Shown: in pieces, positions 38,651 through 47,500 of the stretch | Position numbering within the stretch: the stretch's first letter is position 1 | How the letters are laid out: the number at the start of each line of letters is the position of its first letter | DNA from: Syntrophaceae bacterium | GTDB taxonomy: Bacteria; Desulfobacterota; BSN033; UBA1163 | DNA: 64,000 nt | Reading direction: 5' to 3' | Assembly (NCBI GenBank): GCA_013388645.1 | Contig: JACAEV010000100.1 | Coordinates: forward strand, 24,934-88,933 | Translations under genes and position numbers: made by a program | The notes under the pieces: model-generated | Told to the model about the DNA's origin: nothing | Database searches by the model: none | What the model saw: only the letters and a program-made list of their open reading frames with translations

Positions 38651-40222
38651 TCAATCCTTGATTTTAGGGATAGCCTCTCGAAAAAAGTTGGCCACATCGG
38701 TCTTTAGTTTTTTCAAGGCTGGCAGATGAGTATACATCTGATGCCCTGCTTCATAAAAGGTTAGAGTTAGGTTCTTACGCAACTTCGCATCGAGACCAAG
38801 ATGGTTTGCGGCATATTTCGATGCAAAAAAAGGCGTATCAAGATCATAGTAGCCGCTTGCAATGAGGACTTTTAAATATTTATTTTCGCTCATCGCCTGG
38901 TGTAAAGTGTCTACGACATTCACGTATCCCAATCCTCCGGTGTCGGAGCTCCAATTCCAGGATTCGTTGACTTTCATAGAGAGAATTTCGTAAGGGAGAT
39001 CGGTTTCGTACTTAAGCTCTTTCCTCACATAATCGTTCCAGGTCGCCATGAGAAGGCCTGTCACCAAAAACACACTGGGGTCCTCAATGAAGTCCTGAGG
39101 GGTATATTTGCCTGTAATCCGAGAGTCTAAGACACCGATCCGGAGATCCTCCTGGCGAAGCAACTCTTTTGTAAAATCACCCCGGCTGATACGTAATTTG
39201 GATTTCTGTATGGACGTTTCAGAAAGACCTGTATATCTCGTTAACTTTTCAACAACTCTATTTCGTTCGGGCTCTGAGAGGAGATCCCCTTTCGCCAAAG
39301 CGACTAAATATTCATTCAATGCAAATTCTTCTGCTTCATCCATCGTTTTTTGAAAATTTGATTGGAATTCAGGCGATAACTTATGATGGTACCAGGCTGT
39401 TGTGGCATAGGTAGGCAGAAACAGGATGTAGGGTAAATCATTTCCCGCGGTAAAAACGATGGTCTGAAAGTTGAGAGCTTCTGAGATTAAAATCAGTCCA
39501 TTGAGATTGATAGCCAGTTTGTTTTGAAGATAGCTTGAAAGGCCGGCTGCCCTTGTTGTTCCATAACTTTCGCCCGCTATAAACTTTGGGGAAAGCCAGC
39601 GATTGTATTTTGTTAGATAAAGTCGAATGAATGCACCAACCGATTGAATATCCTCCTTTACGCCCCAGAACTTCTTCGGATCTTCGCCGGAGGCGGCACG
39701 ACTATAACCTGTACCAACCGGATCGATAAAGACAAGATCTGTGATATCGAGCCAAGTATATGCATTCTCAATCAATCGATATGGAGGAGGCAAAGCTTCC
39801 TTTTCCTCCTTCAAAAGCATACGTTTGGGGCCAAGGGCGCCAAGATGCAGAAAGACCGAGGCTGCCCCTGGCCCGCCATTAAACGCAAAAGTAATTGGAC
39901 GTTGAGATTTATCTTCCTCTTCATCTTTGATATAAGAGGTGAAAAATATGGTTGCCCTGAGTTTTCCTGCTTCATCTTTCATCGGCAGGTAACCAGCAAA
40001 TGCCTTATAATTCAGAGTCATTCCATTAATCTTGATAGAGTGATGGGTAATTGAAATTTTTTCTTCAGGTGGTTCTTTTGCCTTTGATTTGTCACGAGGT
40101 TGTGGTAAACTCTCGGGTGTTTCCAAAGCAACGAACAGATTTTTCGTTGCCTGACAGGCACCTAAAGAAAGGACACCGATGAGCAGGCTTGCAACCAAGG
40201 AAATGGAGACAATTTTTTTCAT
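38651..40222 (-). CDS. S10-family serine carboxypeptidase lipoprotein
   Basis: Lipobox LSLGAC. FAFNGGPGAASVFLHLGALGP and the GESYGT catalytic-Ser motif. Stop overlaps the bc ORF. Confidence 0.8.
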   Translation of the reverse strand: MKKIVSISLVASLLIGVLSLGACQATKNLFVALETPESLPQPRDKSKAKEPPEEKISITHHSIKINGMTLNYKAFAGYLPMKDEAGKLRATIFFTSYIKDEEEDKSQRPITFAFNGGPGAASVFLHLGALGPKRMLLKEEKEALPPPYRLIENAYTWLDITDLVFIDPVGTGYSRAASGEDPKKFWGVKEDIQSVGAFIRLYLTKYNRWLSPKFIAGESYGTTRAAGLSSYLQNKLAINLNGLILISEALNFQTIVFTAGNDLPYILFLPTYATTAWYHHKLSPEFQSNFQKTMDEAEEFALNEYLVALAKGDLLSEPERNRVVEKLTRYTGLSETSIQKSKLRISRGDFTKELLRQEDLRIGVLDSRITGKYTPQDFIEDPSVFLVTGLLMATWNDYVRKELKYETDLPYEILSMKVNESWNWSSDTGGLGYVNVVDTLHQAMSENKYLKVLIASGYYDLDTPFFASKYAANHLGLDAKLRKNLTLTFYEAGHQMYTHLPALKKLKTDVANFFREAIPKIKD

Positions 40223-40235
40223 CGATCTTAATCTC

Positions 40236-41735
40236 CTATCTCACCACCACTTGAACATTGCCCATATTTCCACTTCGATGGTCAAGGGCGAGCAACGTAA
40301 TTCTCTGATCAGGTTTTAATGCACTCACCAACTGTATGAAAGCTTCCACCCCTTTAATCGGTTGGTTGTTAATCTCCAAGATCATATCTCCTACCTCAAA
40401 ACCAGCCTTCCTAAGGGGACCCTTGGCTTCGAGCTGGTTGATCATGACTCCCTGACCCGCATCCAATCCATATTTCTCAGCCTCCTGTGGTGAGATCGCC
40501 CGAACCTCTGCCCCTAAACGTCCCTTCACGTAGGTAGCTAAGATTTTTGTCGATTCCTCCAGATTCCCCAATTTGATAGTTAGTTCCACTTTTTTACCAT
40601 TCCTTAAGACCGTTACCTTCGTCTCACTGCCAATGGGTGTGTTCGCCACCTCATTTCGAAACGTTCCAGAGTCAGGGATCTCTTTACCGCGATAAGCAAC
40701 CACTACATCATTTTTCTTTAGTCCTCCTTTTTCTGCCGGACCTCCCTTGACTACATCAGCGACGAGCGCCCCTTTCGTTGTCTCTACATGAACGCTCTTG
40801 GCTAAATCCGGAGTTAAATCCTGTATACTGATACCCAGCCACCCTCGCTCCACTTTTCCATGGGTAATGAGCTGTTTCGCCACATGAAGGGCCATATTAC
40901 TGGGGATGGTGAAACCAATCCCCTCGAAACCTCCAGACTCTGAAGCAATCGCAGCATTCACACCAATCACCTCTCCTCTAAGGTTCAACAAAGGCCCCCC
41001 ACTGTTTCCTGGATTGATGGCCGCATCCGTCTGTAAGAAGTCCTGGTAACTGCTTGGGTCTGTGATGCCCTGTCGATGTTTAGCACTGATGATACCCTGT
41101 GTAACGGTCTGGTCTAAACCCCGAGGATGTCCAATGGCCACCACCCATTCTCCTACTTCCACTTTGTCGGAATCCCCGAAGGTCACAGTTGGGAGAGGTT
41201 CTTTGGCCGAAATCTGGATCACAGCCAGGTCTGTCTTAGAATCAGTTCCCACCAGTTTTGCCGGATACCTATTCCCATCCGAGAGCAGCACTTCGATCTT
41301 GGTTGCCCCTCCTGCGACATGATGATTCGTCAGGATATGACCCTGAGTATCTATAATCATCCCAGTTCCCAATCCTTTCAGTTCCCTTTTAAACTTACGA
41401 GGCATTTTAGGAATATCAAAGAATCTCCTAAAAAAAGGGTCACTTTCAAAGGGCAGCAAAGGATTCATGACCTCTTGCCTCTCCGTTACTTCAATGTGCA
41501 CGACCGCCGGAATTGCCTGCTTAGCCACTCTTATGATGCCGGTGCTCAAATCGATAGATCCTTTTGAACCCTCTGAAGTTTGCCCAGTTACCGATTCTAC
41601 AAACGGTTTCTTGGCTTGCTCCTCCTGCTTCGCACATGCGGTAACCGTTAAGAAAGTGAATGCGGTCCCCAAGGTTAAAACCATTAGAAGTAAGATATAG
41701 CCCCAATGATGCGATCTGCGAATACTGTTTAACAT
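40236..41735 (-). CDS. htrA: DegP/HtrA periplasmic serine endoprotease with two PDZ domains
   Basis: Catalytic-triad contexts TNHHVAGGA, DLAVIQ and GNSGGPLLNLRGEVIGVNAAI. Two PDZ segments (ISIQDLTPDLAKS..., GVMINQLEAKGPLRKAGFEVGDMIL). Confidence 0.9.
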   Translation of the reverse strand: MLNSIRRSHHWGYILLLMVLTLGTAFTFLTVTACAKQEEQAKKPFVESVTGQTSEGSKGSIDLSTGIIRVAKQAIPAVVHIEVTERQEVMNPLLPFESDPFFRRFFDIPKMPRKFKRELKGLGTGMIIDTQGHILTNHHVAGGATKIEVLLSDGNRYPAKLVGTDSKTDLAVIQISAKEPLPTVTFGDSDKVEVGEWVVAIGHPRGLDQTVTQGIISAKHRQGITDPSSYQDFLQTDAAINPGNSGGPLLNLRGEVIGVNAAIASESGGFEGIGFTIPSNMALHVAKQLITHGKVERGWLGISIQDLTPDLAKSVHVETTKGALVADVVKGGPAEKGGLKKNDVVVAYRGKEIPDSGTFRNEVANTPIGSETKVTVLRNGKKVELTIKLGNLEESTKILATYVKGRLGAEVRAISPQEAEKYGLDAGQGVMINQLEAKGPLRKAGFEVGDMILEINNQPIKGVEAFIQLVSALKPDQRITLLALDHRSGNMGNVQVVVR

Positions 41736-41757
41736 GATGTTCCTCCTTTCTATTTTC

Positions 41758-42126
41758 TCATTGATCCTTAAACATTTTCTTCAATACTGCGGTAATTTCT
41801 GCCAAATCGGTGTTGATATCCGTTAAGAAACGTGGTCGTAACCGATGCGCCAAAGCTACGATTTCAGCCTCTTTACTTGGAACAAGAAGAATGATGCGGA
41901 TATTTTGGAAGAGGTGAGCAATAGAAAGAATATTTTTGAGATCTTCCTGATTGGATACGAGAAGAACTGCAACATCCGAATTTTCTGTAGGGTGTCTTAA
42001 ACTCTGTGCTAGATTATCTATTGTTCTGTAAACTGCCATTTCAACCTCTGGAAGATGCGTTTTAATTAACTTTTCAAGTATAAGTCCGGAACGATCACTC
42101 GCTCCGAAGTATAGGAAAATCTTCAT
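41758..42126 (-). CDS. Hypothetical 122-aa protein, possible degenerate receiver-like (CheY-fold) domain
   Basis: Alternating beta/alpha pattern (KIFLYFG / LILEKLIKT / EVEMAVY / VAVLLVS). No acidic pocket and no phospho-acceptor Asp. First gene of the htrA-bc-cyc2 string. Confidence 0.5.
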   Translation of the reverse strand: MKIFLYFGASDRSGLILEKLIKTHLPEVEMAVYRTIDNLAQSLRHPTENSDVAVLLVSNQEDLKNILSIAHLFQNIRIILLVPSKEAEIVALAHRLRPRFLTDINTDLAEITAVLKKMFKDQ

Positions 42127-42176
42127 CTATAGGACCTATTGATTGAAAAAGTTACCTCAATTTCATTGATTACTTA

Positions 42177-42192
42177 AACAAGAAGCGTGCCA
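42177..42192 (-). promoter_or_regulatory. Sigma54-like promoter (TGGCAC-N5-TTGTT) upstream of the 122-aa gene
   Basis: The minus-strand sequence reads TGGCACgcttcTTGTT. The -24 element is perfect. The -12 element has GT in place of the canonical GC. It lies about 50 nt upstream of the ATG at 42126. Confidence 0.3.
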
Positions 42193-42287
42193 ATACCTTA
42201 TTAAATTAGATTTCTCTTTATTTTTAATTAGTTAGGATTTTCTTGGGGGATGCTTTGAAGAGGTAAAGCAAGAAGTTCGTCTTATTT

Positions 42288-42306
42288 CACAGGATTAAAT
42301 CCTGTG
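42288..42306. promoter_or_regulatory. Perfect 9-1-9 palindrome CACAGGATTaAATCCTGTG (candidate enhancer / operator)
   Basis: Exact inverted repeat about 105 bp upstream of the sigma54-like promoter. No U-tract follows on either strand, so it is not a terminator. Confidence 0.3.
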
Positions 42307-42386
42307 GAACAGGAATTCATCCTTTTTAATAAGACTCTCTAAGGACTTATTTATAAGAAAATGTCCTTGTCTAATATCGTTGTTTT

Positions 42387-42600
42387 ATGTATCTTATTTT
42401 TATGGGCTGGTTTGATCGGGTCTTGGATCAATTAATCTCCTTTAGAATTTTTTTGCCTTTTATTCCACTCTTTGTGGCTTTCAATGCCCTGGGCATTCTT
42501 CCAATTTTTGCCTCCCTCACAACAGAGATGTCGGAGCCCGAGCAAAAAAGGGAAGTTAAGCGTAAAAGGATTCAGATATTATTCCTCTTTAGATTTTCGC
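42387..42600 (+). pseudogene. MarC/YhgN-family membrane protein gene remnant (N-terminal ~60 codons only)
   Basis: MGWFDRVLDQLISFRIFLPFIPLFVAFNALGILPIFASLTTEMSEPEQKREVKRK follows the MarC/YhgN N-terminal pattern (…DPLGNLPIFMSVLKHTEPKRRR…). The frame then runs into the 3' end of the convergent mgtA gene and degenerates. Intact family members are about 200 aa. Confidence 0.4.
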
Positions 42601-45126
42601 TCACAATAAATTTACCTTTCTGTAAAAGAATCTTTTTACCACCTCCGCTACCACTACGTAGACACCGACAATCATTCCCATCAATAAAATGAACATACCT
42701 GATAGAGGCTGGAACCCTAAAAGACTTCCAAGAGGAGAGTAGGGGAAGAGAAATGTTACGCCAATAATCAATAATGTTGTCATTGTGAGATATCTTCCTG
42801 GTCTGCTCTTAAAAAAGGGCCTCCGAGTCCGAATGACGAGGACAACTACCGAAGCTGAAATCACTGATTCTAAGAACCATCCCGTACGAAACATTTCTGG
42901 CTTAGCATGAAGAATAAATAGCAATACACCGAAGGTGATGAAGTCAAAGACCGAACTCACGGGCCCAAATGTAATCATGAAATTCCGGATGAACTTGATG
43001 TCCCAGCGTTGAGGCTTTTCAACCATTTCATGATCAACGCTGTCTGTCGCAATGGTCATCTCTGGGAAATCTGTTAGCAAATTCGTAAGGAGAATCTGTT
43101 TCGGCAACATAGGAAGGAAAGTCAGGAAAAGGGAAGCTCCTGCCATGCTGAACATATTTCCAAAGTTAGCGCTGGTCGCCATGAACATATATTTGAGCGT
43201 ATTGGCAAACGTTCTTCTTCCCTCCCGGACGCCTTCCACCAATACTGCCAACTCCTTTTCAAGGAGCACAATGTCAGCAGCCTCTTTCGCCACATCTACC
43301 GCGCTATCGACGGAAATTCCAACATCGGCAGCATGAAGTGCAGAGGCATCATTGATTCCGTCCCCCATATAACCTACTACATTTCCAGCCTTTTTTAAGG
43401 CGAGGATGATCCGTTCTTTTTGATTGGGCTCCACTTCGGCAAAGATTTCTACATCATTGACTCTTCGGAATAGGGCTTCATCGCTCATCTCATGAATATC
43501 TCCACCCGTAACGAAGTGTGGATTTGTTAATCCTACTTGTTGGCTAACATTGATAGCCACTAAAGAGTTGTCTCCAGTAATAATCTTCAATGAAATACCC
43601 AGATGATTCAACTGATGAATGGTCTCGATAATTCCTGCCTTAGGTGGATCAAAGAGGATTAAAAATCCCAAAAATATCATGTCGATTTCATGATCCTTTG
43701 TGATATGAGAAATAGGCCCTATATCCTTGTAAGCGATCCCTAAGACGCGAAATCCCTGATGGCTGATTTCCTCAAACCGTTGACGAATCTCCTCCTGTAG
43801 AAGAGCGATATCTACGATTTTCCCTTCACAATTTTCTGCCGTTGAACAGCTCTCCAAAACATTTTTGCAAGCCCCTTTCGTAATCATCAGATTCCGTTTC
43901 TCTTTGCAGACCACTATGCTTAATCGTTTACGAATAAAATCATAAGGCACTTCATCTCGTTTTTCGTAACCCGTCAGATCAAAGGGATGGTGTGTCCGAA
44001 TGGCTTCGTCAATGGGATTTCTAAAGCCTGTTTCATAAATAGAATTGAGATAAGCATAGAACAGTACTTTTTCGCTTTCCCTCCCATGAACATCGATTGC
44101 AGAATGTAGCTGCACCACCCCTTTTGTCAATGTCCCGGTTTTATCAGAGCAGAGCACGTTTATGCTGCCAAAGTTCTCAATGGAAGCCAGGCGTTTCACA
44201 ATTACTTTTTTAAGGGCCATGCCTTTAGCACCGCGGGCGAGGTTGACACTGATAATGGCAGGAAGCAGTTGCGGAGTTAGGCCAACTGCCAGGGCCAAGG
44301 CAAATAGAAATGATTCTAAGACTGGCCGTTTGAAATAGACATTGGTGGCAAAGATGGCAATCACAAGGACCAAGGTCACTTCCATCAGAAGATACCCAAA
44401 TCGCCTGACACCGCGCTCAAACTCTGTCTCCAGAGGCCTGAGCTTCAGCCGTTCGGATACTTTGCCAAATTCGGTGTCCTTTCCTGTGCGGACGACGACC
44501 GCTCTTCCACTACCACTGACCACATGGGTTCCCATGAAGAGAGAGTTTGTCCGCTGATGAAGTGGCGTTTCCCCTGGTAGAACCCCAATCGTTTTTTCTA
44601 CAGGATAGGTTTCACCTGTCAATGTTGCTTCATCGACAAATAGGTCCTTAGATTCCAGAATGAGGCAATCTCCAGGGATAATATCTCCCGAATTGAGGAT
44701 GAGAACATCTCCTGGGGCAATCTCTTCCACGGGGACTTCTTTTGAATATCCATTGCGAAGAACCAAGGTTTTGTTCCGGACAAGAGATATTAATTTATTG
44801 ACAGCATCCACGGCTCCTCGCTCTTGCCAGAATCCGAGTAAACCGCTGATCAAGACGATCACCAAGATGATGAGGGCATCCGACGGATCATGTAGAGAAA
44901 GGGACAATCCCGCTGCAAAGAGAAGGATGATAATAATCGGGCTCTTGAATTGAGAAAGCAGGAGGGTCAGGGCGTCTGATCGCTTTTTCGGCTTGAGTAG
45001 ATTGAATCCATAACGATTCAGTCGTTGTTTGACCTCATCCTCTGTCAAGCCCTGTGATGTTGTTCGAAGTTGCTGAATTAGTTCTTCAGGGGAAAGGCTC
45101 CAAAAAGACCTTAAATTTCGATCCAA
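42601..45126 (-). CDS. mgtA: Magnesium-translocating P-type ATPase (type IIIB, MgtA-like)
   Basis: 841 aa. LLLSQFKSPIIIILL N-terminal signature, CSDKTGTLTKG phosphorylation site, GDGINDASALHAADVGISV hinge. Confidence 0.9.
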   Translation of the reverse strand: MDRNLRSFWSLSPEELIQQLRTTSQGLTEDEVKQRLNRYGFNLLKPKKRSDALTLLLSQFKSPIIIILLFAAGLSLSLHDPSDALIILVIVLISGLLGFWQERGAVDAVNKLISLVRNKTLVLRNGYSKEVPVEEIAPGDVLILNSGDIIPGDCLILESKDLFVDEATLTGETYPVEKTIGVLPGETPLHQRTNSLFMGTHVVSGSGRAVVVRTGKDTEFGKVSERLKLRPLETEFERGVRRFGYLLMEVTLVLVIAIFATNVYFKRPVLESFLFALALAVGLTPQLLPAIISVNLARGAKGMALKKVIVKRLASIENFGSINVLCSDKTGTLTKGVVQLHSAIDVHGRESEKVLFYAYLNSIYETGFRNPIDEAIRTHHPFDLTGYEKRDEVPYDFIRKRLSIVVCKEKRNLMITKGACKNVLESCSTAENCEGKIVDIALLQEEIRQRFEEISHQGFRVLGIAYKDIGPISHITKDHEIDMIFLGFLILFDPPKAGIIETIHQLNHLGISLKIITGDNSLVAINVSQQVGLTNPHFVTGGDIHEMSDEALFRRVNDVEIFAEVEPNQKERIILALKKAGNVVGYMGDGINDASALHAADVGISVDSAVDVAKEAADIVLLEKELAVLVEGVREGRRTFANTLKYMFMATSANFGNMFSMAGASLFLTFLPMLPKQILLTNLLTDFPEMTIATDSVDHEMVEKPQRWDIKFIRNFMITFGPVSSVFDFITFGVLLFILHAKPEMFRTGWFLESVISASVVVLVIRTRRPFFKSRPGRYLTMTTLLIIGVTFLFPYSPLGSLLGFQPLSGMFILLMGMIVGVYVVVAEVVKRFFYRKVNLL

Positions 45127-45517
45127 CCCACAAAGCTCCTCTCATCAAATCAATATCTTTGTTAAAGCCACAATTACCCATTCGTTGCAAGCTTTGTACT
45201 CAGCAGACCTCTGAAAAAGAAATTCAGACACAACAATGCAATGCGGTGATATGCAACTCTACGTACCCCTGCTTGAAATATACCCATTAACATAGTATCC
45301 CAATTTGGTGCGCTAGTAAAGCGAATATTCTGTTTATGGTGAGATGTTGAGAAGGTTTAAAATTAACATTTTTAAGAATAGCTCAGACATAATTTCATCC
45401 ATCATATTCAAATAGGCACGCCTCAACAGGGATGGGCATGACAAAATTCGAACCTTAATCTTTGGCTTTGAACCAATTGGTCAAGTCCTATTGATTTCCG
45501 AGAAGACAGAGCTTTCC

Positions 45518-45991
45518 TTACGGCATCACAAATTTTTTCCCAGGAAGTCTCACCGTTAATACTGGATAGGGGGATTTTCTTACCACCTTCTCCGCGGTGC
45601 TCCCGAAGAGGATATGATCCAAGCCTGTCCTTCCATGTGTCCCCATGACAATGAGATCGATAGACTCTTCTCTGGCTGTCTGTATAATCTCGTAGAAGGC
45701 AACGCCCTTTTTGAAAATGACTTTATAATCCTTAAACCCATTCATCCTTTGAATGTAATAACTGTTTAATTCACGATCCGCTTTCTCCTTTTCGGAAACC
45801 TCATATTCTTCTATTCTTTCCTCAGGGAGGTAAGCATAGAGTTGATCTGGATAGAGATAGACTGGATCGGGGGGTATAACATGAAGAATCAGGAGCTTTG
45901 CCTGGTAGGTTCTTGCGAGATTCAGTGCATACTTGAAGGCCCAATCGGAATTCTCAGAAAAATCGGTGCAAAATAGAATTTTTTTAAACAT
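45518..45991 (-). CDS. Universal stress protein
   Basis: KILFCTDFSENSDWAFKYALNLA ... LIVMGTHGRTGLDHILFGSTAEKVVRKSPYPVLTV. Confidence 0.8.
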   Translation of the reverse strand: MFKKILFCTDFSENSDWAFKYALNLARTYQAKLLILHVIPPDPVYLYPDQLYAYLPEERIEEYEVSEKEKADRELNSYYIQRMNGFKDYKVIFKKGVAFYEIIQTAREESIDLIVMGTHGRTGLDHILFGSTAEKVVRKSPYPVLTVRLPGKKFVMP

Positions 45992-46050
45992 CGGGTGAAC
46001 CCCTCCTTAATTTTGATAAAGATATTAAGAATAATTTTAAATACTGGGTT

Positions 46051-46090
46051 GAATGAAAATCTCAGCCCCATCCCGCCAAAGCAGGACGGG
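46051..46090 (-). terminator. Probable intrinsic terminator after the SPW-like gene
   Basis: Minus-strand hairpin CCCCGUCC-UGCUUUGGC-GGAUGGGG (one G-U pair), followed by CUGAGAUUUUCAUU. Confidence 0.35.
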
Positions 46091-46097
46091 GCCAATG

Positions 46098-46310
46098 TTA
46101 GCTTGTCTTCTTTTCTGCATGTCTCAATGCAGGGTAACCAGCAATCGTTATTCCCATGCCGAGAATAACCACAATAGCTCCAAAGATCAGATTATTCATG
46201 GTCATGGTTCTGATCTCCTTGTGTCCTAAGAAGTTTAGGACATACGGAGAGATGGCAAGCCAAATTCCCACCAAAACCTGAAGTACCATCCAATAATATA
46301 GGCTCTTCAT
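46098..46310 (-). CDS. SPW-repeat-like small membrane protein (70 aa)
   Basis: Two TM helices with the LAISPYVL motif (an SPW-repeat variant). GxxxG-rich second helix. Confidence 0.45.
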   Translation of the reverse strand: MKSLYYWMVLQVLVGIWLAISPYVLNFLGHKEIRTMTMNNLIFGAIVVILGMGITIAGYPALRHAEKKTS

Positions 46311-46378
46311 ATTGGTTCACCTCCTTCCAATTTTTGAGTCTGCGACTCTTTTTTCCCATTTGGACTGACCGCTTTTCC

Positions 46379-47284
46379 CTATTCTTTCCAGTAGGGTCGC
46401 TGGCCAAAAAAACTGTAGGCATTTCTTGCCCATTTCAAATTGTTCATATCCGTATACTCATTAAAGTTGGGGGCAGATGACAGTCGGTCTCCAGTGGTAT
46501 TGAGAATAAAAGTATTACCACTCACGGAAAGTTCACCGAAGGGAACTGCAACCTGCGAATCGCCCCTTCTTGGGACTTTATCCAGAACTAAGAAGGCGAC
46601 ACGCCCACCTTTGGAATCGATTATTAAATCATCGATCCTTGCTGACACGCCTCCATCCTTAGACTGTACCCTGGCACCCATTAGTACCGGGGCCGTTTTC
46701 CCCATAAGGAGAGATTCTAATATGGAAGGTCTGGCGGTTCGGTAAGACACAATATCCGGAGGTACTGTTCTTCCCTCAGTCCAATAGGGCCTCTGTCCAT
46801 AGAAACTGTAAAGGGAATCAGCCCAGAGAGGATCAATTGTCGCTGGGATAGTGGATAATCCAACGATGCTCCTATCCCGATAAAGTAGGTATGCGTAAGG
46901 ATCCTCATAAGGGGTCGAGGGTATTGAAGTATATTGATCACCGAAGTTGAGCTGGAAGGTATTCTCCCCCATTCTTTCAAGTGCACCAAAAGGAGCAGCT
47001 GCGAACTCCGCCCCAAAACCCTGGACCCCGGAAAGAATCACTAGTGAGATATGTCCATCGGTTCTGTCAATCATGAGATCATCAATTTGGCCTAATTCTA
47101 CGCCCAATGGGCTATAGACTCTGTGCCCGATAAACCAACTGGCTTCAAATGTTTCCCAAGCGGTCGGCTGCGACATGGCTCCTGCTTCGCCTTTGATCCA
47201 CTCTTTGGCAAATACCTTACTGCTACCAAAGAGAGCTAAGCCGAAAATGGAAATCACCATTAAGATTTTAACTTTCTTGTTCAT
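46379..47284 (-). CDS. Secreted tandem-PRC-barrel protein, paralogue 1
   Basis: Signal peptide MNKKVKILMVISIFGLALFGSSKVFA. Two PRC-barrel-like segments (LGQIDDLMIDRTDGHISLVILS; ARIDDLIIDSKGGRVAFLVLD). Both halves end ...FFGQRPYW. Confidence 0.7.
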   Translation of the reverse strand: MNKKVKILMVISIFGLALFGSSKVFAKEWIKGEAGAMSQPTAWETFEASWFIGHRVYSPLGVELGQIDDLMIDRTDGHISLVILSGVQGFGAEFAAAPFGALERMGENTFQLNFGDQYTSIPSTPYEDPYAYLLYRDRSIVGLSTIPATIDPLWADSLYSFYGQRPYWTEGRTVPPDIVSYRTARPSILESLLMGKTAPVLMGARVQSKDGGVSARIDDLIIDSKGGRVAFLVLDKVPRRGDSQVAVPFGELSVSGNTFILNTTGDRLSSAPNFNEYTDMNNLKWARNAYSFFGQRPYWKE

Positions 47285-47400
47285 TTTTCCTTCCTCCTTT
47301 TTGATTAGATTTTAGTAGCTGCTGACGCTGCAGCTACGTGTCCCCTTTCTACCAACCTCTTTCCCGGGGACTAGGAAATAACCTGGACCAATACATTTGA
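47285..47400 (-). promoter_or_regulatory. Conserved structured 5' leader of PRC-barrel paralogue 1
   Basis: Over 80% identical to the leader of paralogue 2. Contains the hairpin GUCCCC-N19-GGGGAC and a second stem GUAGCUGC...GCAGCUAC, then AAAAAGGAGGAAGG-N4-AUG. Confidence 0.3.
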
Positions 47401-47500
47401 TGATCTATTTCTTACTAATAGGGAGAAGCGAGGGAATATTCTCCTTGCTTCACCCTGGGTCTTCAAGAGCTAACCGGATCTGGTTTTTGCTCCTGAGACC

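Noticed and set aside
38634-38654. Start of the bc ORF at the track's first codon (38654)
   Set aside because: That codon is a TTG inside the S10 gene stop region. The ATG at 38633 gives the canonical cytochrome b N-terminus.
45440-45470. tRNA-like GGTTCGAAT T-loop motif (minus strand)
   Set aside because: The flanking sequence cannot form a T-stem, an acceptor stem or the rest of a cloverleaf.
45127-45517. Mg2+ riboswitch (M-box) or mgtL-type leader upstream of mgtA
   Set aside because: No match to the conserved M-box core and no short Pro-rich leader peptide. The region reads as a plain promoter spacer.
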